From: Candidatus Micrarchaeota archaeon
GTDB taxonomy: Archaea; Micrarchaeota; Micrarchaeia; Anstonellales; Bilamarchaeaceae
Direction of reading: 5' to 3'
NCBI GenBank assembly: GCA_041694885.1
Contig: JBGFRX010000013.1
Location: 1 to 46,286, forward strand
DNA: 46,286 bases
The position numbers were made by a program, and so were the translations under genes. The notes beneath the pieces are model-generated. The model did no database searches and had not been told where the DNA came from. It was given only the letters and a program-made list of their open reading frames with translations. Positions 36,179-44,973 of this stretch are shown here, piece after piece (within the stretch, counting starts at the first letter, position 1; the number at the start of each line of letters is the position of its first letter).

Positions 36179-37495
36179 TCATTCTCCCAATTTGAATTCC
36201 TCGTGTATGGCGCGTATGCATTCGTCAACGCTCTCCTGCCGTATTATAATCGTAATGTTCGAGTCGGTTGCCGCCTGGGATATCATCTCTATATTTACCT
36301 TGTTCTTTGCGACCGAGTCGAAAATGCGCGCAGATGTGCCCACGCTTCCCCTTATCCCTTCGCCTACGACACCAATTGCTGCGAACCCCGTCTTTATCCA
36401 GAATTCGCTCACGATTTTGGAGGGCATGTCGTCGAGTGTTTTCCTCACCTTTTCAGCATCACCCTCGTCCACTGTGAAGGAGATATTGACCTGGGAAGTG
36501 GCGATGGTGTCTATGGATACGCCGTTGTCAGCCACCACGTTGAATATTTTCGCAGCAACTCCAGGCATGTTGACCATCGCACTTCCCTTCACATTCACTA
36601 TCGCGATTTTCTTCTTCGCCGCTATGGAAGTTATTATCCTGTCCGAATTCTCCTTCCTTTTCTCCACTATGCGCGTTCCGTTCGCAGAAGGATCGAACAC
36701 GCTCTTTATCTGTGCGGAAATCCCAGAGCCCTCGAGCGGGTCCATGGTTCTCGGATGAAGTATCTTCGCGCCCATGTATCCGAGCTCCTTCGCCTCTTCA
36801 AACGTTATCTCGTCCAATTTCTTCGCGTCCTTCACCACGCGCGGGTCTGCTGTCATGAAGCCTTCTACGTCCTTCCAGATTTCCAGCACGTCCGCTCTGC
36901 TAGCCACAGCGACCACGGCAGCGGAGTAGTCCGAGCCGCCCCTGCCGAATGTGTTTACATTGCCTTCTGAATCCACGCCGTAAAATCCGCTTATCACGAG
37001 CGTCCTTTCCTTTATTTTCGGAATAACATTTTTTGCGAAATTCGTTTTCGTCTTCTCCATCACGCAGTTTGCTCTCTCGAACTTTCCATCAGCGACTATG
37101 CCGCACCGTTCCGCGTCCATCGTCTCAGCGCTTATTCCGTGTGAATTGAGGTATTCGGAAACAAGGATCGCGCTCAGCCGCTCCCCGAACGAGGCGATGC
37201 GCTCCTTCCTCTCCATCCCATTCGTTTTTTCGGAAAGCAATTCAGAAAGTTCGGAGAATTTCCTCCCGAACATCTCGTCCTCGCTATCGAAATACGCCTG
37301 GTGCATTTTCCTGAGTTGCCCGCTTATGTCCTCGCCTTTCGCATAAGCGTTGAGCAGCATGTCCGTTACTCCGTTGAGCGCAGACACCACCAAGATGTTC
37401 TCGCGCCCGAAATTCATCTTCACGATTTCAACGAGGATTTCGAGATCTTCGCGGTTCCGCAGAATCCCCCCGCCTATCTTAAGCACAGCGCGCAT
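36179..37495 (-). CDS. lysC: Aspartate kinase with two ACT domains
   Basis: KIGG, VVSA..GVTD, GERLS, GRGGSD, ADPR. Confidence 0.94.
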   Translation of the reverse strand: MRAVLKIGGGILRNREDLEILVEIVKMNFGRENILVVSALNGVTDMLLNAYAKGEDISGQLRKMHQAYFDSEDEMFGRKFSELSELLSEKTNGMERKERIASFGERLSAILVSEYLNSHGISAETMDAERCGIVADGKFERANCVMEKTKTNFAKNVIPKIKERTLVISGFYGVDSEGNVNTFGRGGSDYSAAVVAVASRADVLEIWKDVEGFMTADPRVVKDAKKLDEITFEEAKELGYMGAKILHPRTMDPLEGSGISAQIKSVFDPSANGTRIVEKRKENSDRIITSIAAKKKIAIVNVKGSAMVNMPGVAAKIFNVVADNGVSIDTIATSQVNISFTVDEGDAEKVRKTLDDMPSKIVSEFWIKTGFAAIGVVGEGIRGSVGTSARIFDSVAKNKVNIEMISQAATDSNITIIIRQESVDECIRAIHEEFKLGE

Positions 37496-37502
37496 TCTTC
37501 GT

Positions 37503-38495
37503 TCACCTTTCAGTCCTGTCCGAAATGGCAATCAGGTCCGCAAGCACGGCACTCGCGGTCTCCATTTCTCCGGCGCCTTTCCCCACGAGCGTGAGTGGCC
37601 CTGCCATTTTCGTTTCAAGGGTTATCGCATTGAGCGTTCCGTTTATGGATGCAAGAGGATCAGAAACCGGGACAAAGCACGGCGCAACTTCCATATTTCC
37701 GTCTGCGTCCGCAGAGCAGATCAATTTAATCCTGTAATTCTGCGATGCGGCCAATTCAAGTATCTCGGGCGTGATGCGCGAAATTCCCGTCCTCTTCACT
37801 TCAGAAAAGGACGCGCTCTTTCCGAATATCGCGTTCGCTACTATTGCGAGCTTCGCAGCAGCATCTATCCCCTCCACATCGTAGGAAGGGTCCTTTTCCG
37901 CAAACCCGAGCTGCTGCGCCTCCCTGAGCACGCTTTCGTAGGGCATCTTCTCCTCAAACATCCGCGAAAGGATATAGTTGGTGGTTCCATTGAGTATTCC
38001 CTTCACCTTGGAGACCCGGTCTGCCCTGAGATAATTGTTCGCAGTTGCGAAAATCGGTATCGCGCCTCCCACAGTCGCCTCGAACCTGAAAATGCACCCA
38101 TTCTTCTTTGCAAGCGAGTTGAGTTCGTGGAAATGGAGTGCAAGCGGGCCTTTATTGGAGGTTACGAGGTGCTTCTCCCTTGCGAGCGCTGTCTTCATGT
38201 ACGTATAAGCCGGCTCAGCGTCCTTGAGGTTGGTAGTAGTTAGTTCCACGAGCACGTCATATTCCGCATCCTGCACAATCTCAATTGCCTGCTTCTGCAC
38301 AAACCCTGCAAGCTCGGATATTTTCCTTCCCGCAGCGGTTTTTTTCAATTCTTCGGCAGCAATCCCATCTTTTGAATAGAGATATCCGGAAGAGGACGCT
38401 ATTCCGCACACGATGAATTCCTTCCTCTGGAAAAGCGCCTTGAGCACCCCCTTTCCCACTGTGCCAGTTCCGAGTACGAGAAGTTTCAGCGTCAT
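37503..38495 (-). CDS. hom: Homoserine dehydrogenase
   Basis: G.GTVG, VTSNK, EATVGGAIP, GILNGTTN, AEKDP..DVEG.DAA.K. Confidence 0.95.
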   Translation of the reverse strand: MTLKLLVLGTGTVGKGVLKALFQRKEFIVCGIASSSGYLYSKDGIAAEELKKTAAGRKISELAGFVQKQAIEIVQDAEYDVLVELTTTNLKDAEPAYTYMKTALAREKHLVTSNKGPLALHFHELNSLAKKNGCIFRFEATVGGAIPIFATANNYLRADRVSKVKGILNGTTNYILSRMFEEKMPYESVLREAQQLGFAEKDPSYDVEGIDAAAKLAIVANAIFGKSASFSEVKRTGISRITPEILELAASQNYRIKLICSADADGNMEVAPCFVPVSDPLASINGTLNAITLETKMAGPLTLVGKGAGEMETASAVLADLIAISDRTER

Positions 38496-38547
38496 TGTCG
38501 CATCACAATGCAGGTTTTTAGTTTCCAGTTTAGAGTTTCGCATCCTT

Positions 38548-39042
38548 CTATTCCACTGTCTTTATGAGCATGAGGTTGTTCTGGCTGCACACTTCCTCTA
38601 TTGTTCTGAGCGCCCTCGAAACAATTTCGTCGTCTTCAGTGTCGAATGTGATGAGCGCACTGCTCTCCCCGCTGTGCGATGGCATGTTCACCGAGAATTT
38701 GGACACGTTCGCTCCGAGCACATCGACTTTCCTGACCATCGTCTCCACGCTCCTGGTATGTATTATATGCCCGACAATGCCCACGGTTATGCGCCTGAGC
38801 TGCGCTAGTTTTCCGAGCGATATGACTTTCCAGCTGTCTTTCCTGAGCAGCGCTGACAACCGCTCGAGCGCCTCCTTTCCCACGATAGCGAACGTTACTA
38901 TCACTGGCATATGAGAGTTCGTCTTCTTTCCGTGCATGTGCGTGACACTCGTAATGTTCGCGTTCACCTCGCTCAGCACATCCAGGAGCTTCCTGAGCTG
39001 CCCTGGCTTGTCCTCCAATTCAACTTCAAGCGACGCTTTCAT
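38548..39042 (-). CDS. ACT-domain regulator associated with homoserine dehydrogenase
   Basis: EDKPGQL, ANI.SV.H, VGHI; directly upstream of hom. Confidence 0.85.
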   Translation of the reverse strand: MKASLEVELEDKPGQLRKLLDVLSEVNANITSVTHMHGKKTNSHMPVIVTFAIVGKEALERLSALLRKDSWKVISLGKLAQLRRITVGIVGHIIHTRSVETMVRKVDVLGANVSKFSVNMPSHSGESSALITFDTEDDEIVSRALRTIEEVCSQNNLMLIKTVE

Positions 39043-39094
39043 CTTCTTGGCACCTGATGGTTCCAGTTCAACAAATGATCAGCTAACTCTGTAG

Positions 39095-39856
39095 TTATAT
39101 CCCTAATACATCGTTCATGCTATAAACTTTTCCTCCTATATTCCTGGAGGCAATCCACTTTATCGCCTTCACGCACCCCCTCGCGAACGCGTCCCTGGAA
39201 TGCGCGGAATGCCTTAGTTCTATTTCCTCGCTGTTTCCTACGAACCAGATGGAATGCATCCCTACTATGTCCCCTGCCCTCACCGCATGCACCCCTATCT
39301 CATTCCTCTTTCTCGGCATCATCCCGTTCCTTCCGTAAACAAACTCATCGTTCTGCGCCCGCGCTTCCTGTATGACTTTCGCCACCTTTACAGCCGTTCC
39401 GCTCGGCGCATCCTTCTTCTGATTGTGGTGCCATTCTATAACTTCAACGTCGTAGTCCCTCAGTTTCGCGGCCATCTCGCCCGCAAATTTGAAGAATAGA
39501 TTGACACCTACGGAGAAGTTTGGGGCAAGAAGCGCAACCGCATCCTTTTCCTTTACCGCATCTTCAATTTTTTTCATCTGCTCCGGAGTGAACCCAGTCG
39601 TACCTATAACCAGCTTCTTTCCATCAGCAATTATTTTCGGAACGGATTCAGAAGCCGCATGCGCATTTGTGAAATCCACGACCACTTCCGCATCCCTTAT
39701 CGCTTCGGAAATTTTGTCGGGCGTGTAAATCGGATAAGCTGCTTTCCCCCCATTCAACTCCACTCCTGCAACTATCCGTATTTCCGGATCTTCGGCAGCA
39801 ACCTGCGCAGCAGCAGCGCCCATTTTTCCCAGTCCAATGAATGCAACCTTTATCAT
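39095..39856 (-). CDS. dapB: 4-hydroxy-tetrahydrodipicolinate reductase
   Basis: GKMG, DFT, GTTG, E.HH..KKDAPSGTA. Confidence 0.96.
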   Translation of the reverse strand: MIKVAFIGLGKMGAAAAQVAAEDPEIRIVAGVELNGGKAAYPIYTPDKISEAIRDAEVVVDFTNAHAASESVPKIIADGKKLVIGTTGFTPEQMKKIEDAVKEKDAVALLAPNFSVGVNLFFKFAGEMAAKLRDYDVEVIEWHHNQKKDAPSGTAVKVAKVIQEARAQNDEFVYGRNGMMPRKRNEIGVHAVRAGDIVGMHSIWFVGNSEEIELRHSAHSRDAFARGCVKAIKWIASRNIGGKVYSMNDVLGI

Positions 39857-39900
39857 TTAATCACCAACAATTTCGGGTTTTTTATCTCCGGTTCCGTAAA

Positions 39901-40809
39901 CTATATTTTGCCCAGATTTTTCAACTCAACCCTGAGCTTCTCCCTTCCTCCGGCAGTCATGGGAATGAGAGGCAGGCGCATGGGATCCGCCTCTATCACG
40001 CCCATCATCTCGAGCGCTGCCTTCACAGGCGCTGGATTCGTCTCTGAAAAAAGCGCCTTTATCATCGGAAGTATGGAAAAATGCATCTCCATCGCATTTT
40101 TCCAATCATTCCTTTTCACCGCGTCGTAAATGTCCATGAGCTCCTTTCCGACCACGTGCGAAACAGCGCATATGCCCCCATCTCCTCCGAGCGCGAGCGT
40201 CGGGTAAACCATCTGGTCGTCGCCTGCGAGAATGTAGAACTTCTTCCCTAATTTTCTTGCTCCTCCCATCACGTCCATGGTCATATCCATGTTCCCGCAC
40301 GCGTCCTTGAGCCCTATCACGTTTGGATTCGTCTTCGCGATATCCAGAATCACCTTCGGCTCTATATTCTTTGCAGTTCTTCCTGGAATATTGTATATGA
40401 AGAGCGGCTTATTGGTTGCCGAGGCAACCGCCCTGTAATGCGCCGCCATTCCTTCCATCGTGGGCTTGTTGTAATATGGTCCCACTATCAGGAAAGAGTC
40501 AGCGCCCAGTGCATCTGCCTGCCTCACCTTTTCCACAGCAGTAATAGTATTATTAGTCCCTGCTCCTGCCATAACCGGAACCTTTTCCTTCGCCTCTTCC
40601 ACGGAAATTTCAATTACCCGCGCCCATTCCTCCTTGCTCAATACAGGGCTTTCTCCGGTAGTTCCGCAGGGCACAATGCCAATACATCTCTGCTCCTTCA
40701 GCACAAATCTTATCACGTTCCTGACCCCTTCCTCGTCCACCTTTTCGTCTTTTCCAAAAGGCGTGACGATGGGGCAGTGTATCCCAGAATAGTCGTGCAT
40801 AATTCCCAC
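39901..40809 (-). CDS. dapA: 4-hydroxy-tetrahydrodipicolinate synthase
   Basis: VTPF, GTTGES, PYYNKP, YNIPGRT, GLKD, NPAPVK. Confidence 0.96.
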   Translation of the reverse strand: MGIMHDYSGIHCPIVTPFGKDEKVDEEGVRNVIRFVLKEQRCIGIVPCGTTGESPVLSKEEWARVIEISVEEAKEKVPVMAGAGTNNTITAVEKVRQADALGADSFLIVGPYYNKPTMEGMAAHYRAVASATNKPLFIYNIPGRTAKNIEPKVILDIAKTNPNVIGLKDACGNMDMTMDVMGGARKLGKKFYILAGDDQMVYPTLALGGDGGICAVSHVVGKELMDIYDAVKRNDWKNAMEMHFSILPMIKALFSETNPAPVKAALEMMGVIEADPMRLPLIPMTAGGREKLRVELKNLGKI

Positions 40810-40822
40810 CTCTAAGCTATTG

Positions 40823-40883
40823 GAAGCTATAGCTTCGTAAGCGTTATATTAATAACTTTTGTTATAAAAATGACAATTTGTCA
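40823..40883 (-). promoter_or_regulatory. dap operon promoter region with palindromes
   Basis: TTTTTATAAC on the - strand (40861..40870), flanked by GAAGCTATAGCTTC and TGACAA-T-TTGTCA. Confidence 0.45.
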
Positions 40884-41089
40884 GAAATTCGTTAATATCT
40901 AATATAATTGCAATTGTTAACTATGCGTTGTTGCACAACTTGCGCGAGTCATAGTCATAGCTGAAAGTAATCGGGCATGCAAAACGAAAAACTGAAGAAA
41001 GACAAACCCACAAGTCGCTGGAGAAAAACGCGCTTTTTTAAAGTTGCCCGACTAAAACAGATTACTTTTGTTTACTGCAGTGATTATCG

Positions 41090-42172
41090 ATGATTCCCAA
41101 CATCTACGAAGGCGATTATCGCAAGCTGATCATCTTTCCGCTCGTGCTCCTTCTGATATCCATCTATTTCATCCCGCAGATAAAGTTAGGCGTGGACTTT
41201 ACAGGAGGAACACTGATAATCCTGGATCTCACAAAAGCTGTTGATGCGGAAGAACTGAAGGCGAACCTTGCGAATGAAGGCATAATGGGCTCGATTAAGA
41301 CATACAATACGAGCTTTGGGCCCAAGGCGGAAATAGAAATAGGACAGAACCCGGATTTGGTGAACGCGGACAAGTTGCGCGACGAATTCAACTCGAAATT
41401 GGACGAGGTCTCGCTGCTCGAAGCCCAGTCGAACATTAATTCTTCCTTGCTCGGAAGCTATCTGGAGGAAAAGAAGGCGCTCAACAATATCTCGGATTCT
41501 TTATTCCAGTTAGCCGCAAGATCCGGAAATGCAGAAGACATAGAGAATCTAAACGCCCTGAAAACCGAAACACTCAACGCCTACTATATGGTGTATGATA
41601 ATTACAAGAATTCCATTTCCGCCTCAATAGACAAATACGTGGATTATTCTTCGTTCAGCGTGCAGAGCGTGAGCCCGGCTCTGAGCGCACATTTCATAGA
41701 AAATGCGATAAAGGTCGCGCTGTTTGCAGCAGTTCTCTCGACGATATTCGTATTCATATTCTTCCGCACGCTCATACCGAGCGTCGCAGTGATATTTGGA
41801 GCTGCGAGCGACATAATAATCGCATTGGGGGCGATGGGCCTTCTGGGAATTCCGTTCACGCTCGCGTCCTTCGCCGCTTTGCTCGTAATTTTGGGCTTCT
41901 CGCTCGACACGGACATATTGCTGACAATGCGGCTGCTCAAGCGCGCAGGCGACCCGAGGCAGAGGGCCTTCGACACCATGAAGACAGGACTTACCATGAG
42001 TGCAACCGCGTTCTTCGCGTTCTTCATTCTTTATCTTGTGGGGCTCTACACCCACATTTCAATCTATTCCGAGATTTCAGCAGTTGCGCTCGCAGGCCTT
42101 TTCGGGGACGTGTTCGCAACCTGGGGAATAAACGCAGTAGTGGTGCTTATGCACGTAGAGGGCAAAATATGA
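41090..42172 (+). CDS. secF: Protein translocase subunit SecF
   Basis: LGVDFTGGT, GFSLDTDILLT. Confidence 0.93.
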   Translation: MIPNIYEGDYRKLIIFPLVLLLISIYFIPQIKLGVDFTGGTLIILDLTKAVDAEELKANLANEGIMGSIKTYNTSFGPKAEIEIGQNPDLVNADKLRDEFNSKLDEVSLLEAQSNINSSLLGSYLEEKKALNNISDSLFQLAARSGNAEDIENLNALKTETLNAYYMVYDNYKNSISASIDKYVDYSSFSVQSVSPALSAHFIENAIKVALFAAVLSTIFVFIFFRTLIPSVAVIFGAASDIIIALGAMGLLGIPFTLASFAALLVILGFSLDTDILLTMRLLKRAGDPRQRAFDTMKTGLTMSATAFFAFFILYLVGLYTHISIYSEISAVALAGLFGDVFATWGINAVVVLMHVEGKI

Positions 42173-43839
42173 TGAGTGCAATCAACGGATTCCTCAAGGA
42201 CAGGAAGAACGTCATTCTATTGGTCCTTTTCGTGGTTTTCGCTGCAGGCGAATTCATATATTCCACATATGTGGGACTAATACTGCTCTTCGCATTCCTC
42301 GTATTCGGAGTACTTTCCACTGTATGGAAGAGCAAGCAGGCGCGCTTCCTCGCGCTTTTCCTGCTGCTCGTGCTCTCGTTCCTGAACATAGTGGCGAATG
42401 GAGTGAAGTTCGGCATTGATTTCTCAGGGGGAACCCGTTTGCCCGTAGTGCTCGAAAAAGCGGTGAGTGAGGACACGATGGGCGAGATACTCTCGATAAT
42501 AAAGAACCGCGCCTCAGTCCTCGGCCTTACAGAGGTGAAGGTGCGCGCAATAGGGAACTCGCAGATAGACGTTGAAGTTCCAGGAACCGACGAGAACCTG
42601 ATAAGGACCATAGAAAATGTGCTGAGCCACCAAGGGGTGTTCCAGGGAATAGTGGACGGAAAGGTCGCCCTAAGTGGAGAGGATATTCTTCCAGGAACCA
42701 TATACTCAGTTCCTCCTTCAGGGCTGAGGGACGCAGACTGGGGGGTGAGCTTCTCAATAACCAGGACAGGGGCTGAGAATTTCGCAGACGCAGTGAAAGG
42801 GAAAGCAAACTATCCGCTCTATATGTTCCTCGATCGCCCGAGGGCTGCGGCAATATTCATTTCAATGGAAGATCTGAAAGGGGAGAAAACCATTTCGGAC
42901 AAAGACGCGCCCGGAATCGCGGACAAGGCGCTAAAGTTGGAAGGCATGGACATCCAACTCCATATCCTGGACGATTTCAATTTCTCAGAAGCGAACATTT
43001 CAGCGAACGGGACCAAAGCGATAATATCCGCGTCCTTAGACAGCGAAACAAAGGAGAAAATAAGGGCGCTCGGGTTCAACCTGAGCGAAGTGCAGAATAT
43101 AAGCCCCGTAATCCGCGCATCCACTTCCTTAAGGAGTTTGGCAATAGAGCGCTGGGAAGCGATAGGCCTTCTTTCCGCGCCTTCCCTTTCCCCTGATATA
43201 ACCTTAGGATTACCTTCGTACAGCTACACGATAAGCGGCTCTACCCAGGGCGCTGGAAGCGAGCGCGCTGCGAACGCACAGGAGGAAGTGAAAAAGATAA
43301 CCTCGATATTGAAAGGCGGCTCCCTCCCAGTGCAGATTTCCATAGGAAGCAGGATTTCCATCCCCGCGCCGCTGGGGCAGCAGTTCCTCCAGTTGAGCGC
43401 TTTCGGAGTAATAGCCGCAATAGTCGCAATCTCTCTTTTCGTTTCCCTCAGATATATGCGACTGAAGATAATCGCGCCCATACTCGCGGTGAGCATTTCC
43501 GAACTGGTGATACTGGTTTCTCTCCTTGGCTCATTCACAATAGACCTCGCGACAATGGCAGGCATCCTGGCTGCAATCGGAGTGGGGGTGGACGCGCAAA
43601 TAGTGATTACTGACGAATTGCTTAAGAAAGAGGGAAAGAACCACGAGGAAAAATTAAACTATGCGTTTGACATCATAACGACCGGCGTAGTCGTGGCAGT
43701 GGTTGCGATGGTTCCGCTCCTTTTCTCAGGGATGGTCGAAGTGATTGGCTTCGCGCTCTCCACCATAATCGGCTCGCTGCTCGGTTTCATGATATCGAGG
43801 CCGGTTTACGCGCTGCTCGTGGAAAGAATAATAGAATGA
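42169..43839 (+). CDS. secD: Protein translocase subunit SecD
   Basis: FGIDFSGG, VEVPG, LKGGSLP, GVGVDAQIVITDE. Confidence 0.93.
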   Translation: MMSAINGFLKDRKNVILLVLFVVFAAGEFIYSTYVGLILLFAFLVFGVLSTVWKSKQARFLALFLLLVLSFLNIVANGVKFGIDFSGGTRLPVVLEKAVSEDTMGEILSIIKNRASVLGLTEVKVRAIGNSQIDVEVPGTDENLIRTIENVLSHQGVFQGIVDGKVALSGEDILPGTIYSVPPSGLRDADWGVSFSITRTGAENFADAVKGKANYPLYMFLDRPRAAAIFISMEDLKGEKTISDKDAPGIADKALKLEGMDIQLHILDDFNFSEANISANGTKAIISASLDSETKEKIRALGFNLSEVQNISPVIRASTSLRSLAIERWEAIGLLSAPSLSPDITLGLPSYSYTISGSTQGAGSERAANAQEEVKKITSILKGGSLPVQISIGSRISIPAPLGQQFLQLSAFGVIAAIVAISLFVSLRYMRLKIIAPILAVSISELVILVSLLGSFTIDLATMAGILAAIGVGVDAQIVITDELLKKEGKNHEEKLNYAFDIITTGVVVAVVAMVPLLFSGMVEVIGFALSTIIGSLLGFMISRPVYALLVERIIE

Positions 43840-44009
43840 ATTCCCATTGCTCCGCACGATATGCTCATCACGATTTGACTCCTTTCCAGAAGGAAATCGC
43901 AGTTAAGATAACCAATTCAAGGTACAGAAACTTTTATCTTTGCTTCGTGGATATCGAACATGCGCCCAAAACCACTTTTCTGGGTAACTTTCGCCACTCG
44001 ATAAGATAA
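43836..44009 (+). CDS. Possible 57-aa ORF coupled to secD
   Basis: ATGA overlap with the secD stop; fills the gap before pyrH; no recognisable motif. Confidence 0.25.
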   Translation: MNSHCSARYAHHDLTPFQKEIAVKITNSRYRNFYLCFVDIEHAPKTTFLGNFRHSIR

Positions 44010-44028
44010 TTCGTCCGCGCGCCTCAAC

Positions 44029-44715
44029 TTATTCCTTCACAACTGTCCCTGAATGGGACTTTCCCCCAATCGCCTTCTTCACGTCATCCAGATTCCTTCC
44101 ATTCACGAAGTGCGTTTCAATTCCAGAGCGTGCTATGATTTTACATGCCAGAATGTCGAATACGAAATTCGTCCCTGCTTTCCTCTCATCCCACTTCATC
44201 GCAAGCGCGATCAGATCCGTGTAATGCAGTTTGGAATATTTTTTTGCGTTCGGGTTGATTCTTGGATTCGAGTCATAAACAGCATCTACATTGCTCATGT
44301 TCACCAATTTTTTCGCATGAAGCGCTTCCGCGAGCAGTGCAGCATCCGCATCAGTGGTTATTCCGGGAATAGTCCCGCCCATCACCACTGTCTTATAGTT
44401 CGCCGCCTCCTTCTTCGCCTCCCAAAAATTGAAAATCACGTTCGGATAGGCATTTTCCCTGAGCGCATTTATCACGAGTTTCGCATTCTGCCTCGTGCTC
44501 ATGATGGCAATCTCGTCCGCTTCGAATTCATTCGCGCCCAATTCGCGAGCTGCCTGCGCATAAACCCTTGCGCTTTTTCCGCCCCCTGCCACGATTCCGA
44601 AATTGCACTTGCTTTCCTTCAGGATCTTCGCCAGCTTTCTCAAATATCCAGCATCAGGCGTGCCTTCTGGATTTAAAACGCCTCCTCCGAGCGAAAGAAC
44701 CATCCATTCGGTCAT
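44029..44715 (-). CDS. pyrH: UMP kinase
   Basis: SLGG, GGG..AR.Y, D.IAI, MGGT.PG.TTD, NVD.VY. Confidence 0.94.
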   Translation of the reverse strand: MTEWMVLSLGGGVLNPEGTPDAGYLRKLAKILKESKCNFGIVAGGGKSARVYAQAARELGANEFEADEIAIMSTRQNAKLVINALRENAYPNVIFNFWEAKKEAANYKTVVMGGTIPGITTDADAALLAEALHAKKLVNMSNVDAVYDSNPRINPNAKKYSKLHYTDLIALAMKWDERKAGTNFVFDILACKIIARSGIETHFVNGRNLDDVKKAIGGKSHSGTVVKE

Positions 44716-44926
44716 TTTTTCACCTATGAAAAAATGAATTCTGGCCGGACTGCTGGCCAGATATCCATAAAATCACCTTTCTCAATTCGTTCGTGTATTT
44801 TTTAAAGGTGATTGGGCAGAAAGCAAACCGACTTTTCGATATTTTTACTTTGCAGAGCTCGATAAATGCGTACGATGGTTTTTCGCGCTATAGGAGCAAA
44901 TTAATCCAGGACAAACAGCCATTTAC

Positions 44927-44959
44927 TGACGTGAAGTGGAGGAATTATAAACTCTTACT
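44927..44959 (+). promoter_or_regulatory. 33-bp BRE/TATA-like element, copy 2
   Basis: TGACGTGAAGTGGAGGAATTATAAACTCTTACT, ending 15 nt before ATG 44974. Confidence 0.6.
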
Positions 44960-44973
44960 ATGATAACATCGCC

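Noticed and set aside
38496-38543. MRNSKLETKN extension of homoserine dehydrogenase
   Set aside because: It is a translation of intergenic heptamers; the Rossmann motif follows ATG 38495
4080-39895. CRISPR array suggested by GTTTC...GAAAC ends
   Set aside because: No regularly spaced identical repeats with unique spacers, and no cas genes
32566-42441. Diversity-generating retroelement template/variable pair
   Set aside because: Differences are not limited to adenines, include indels, and no reverse transcriptase is present
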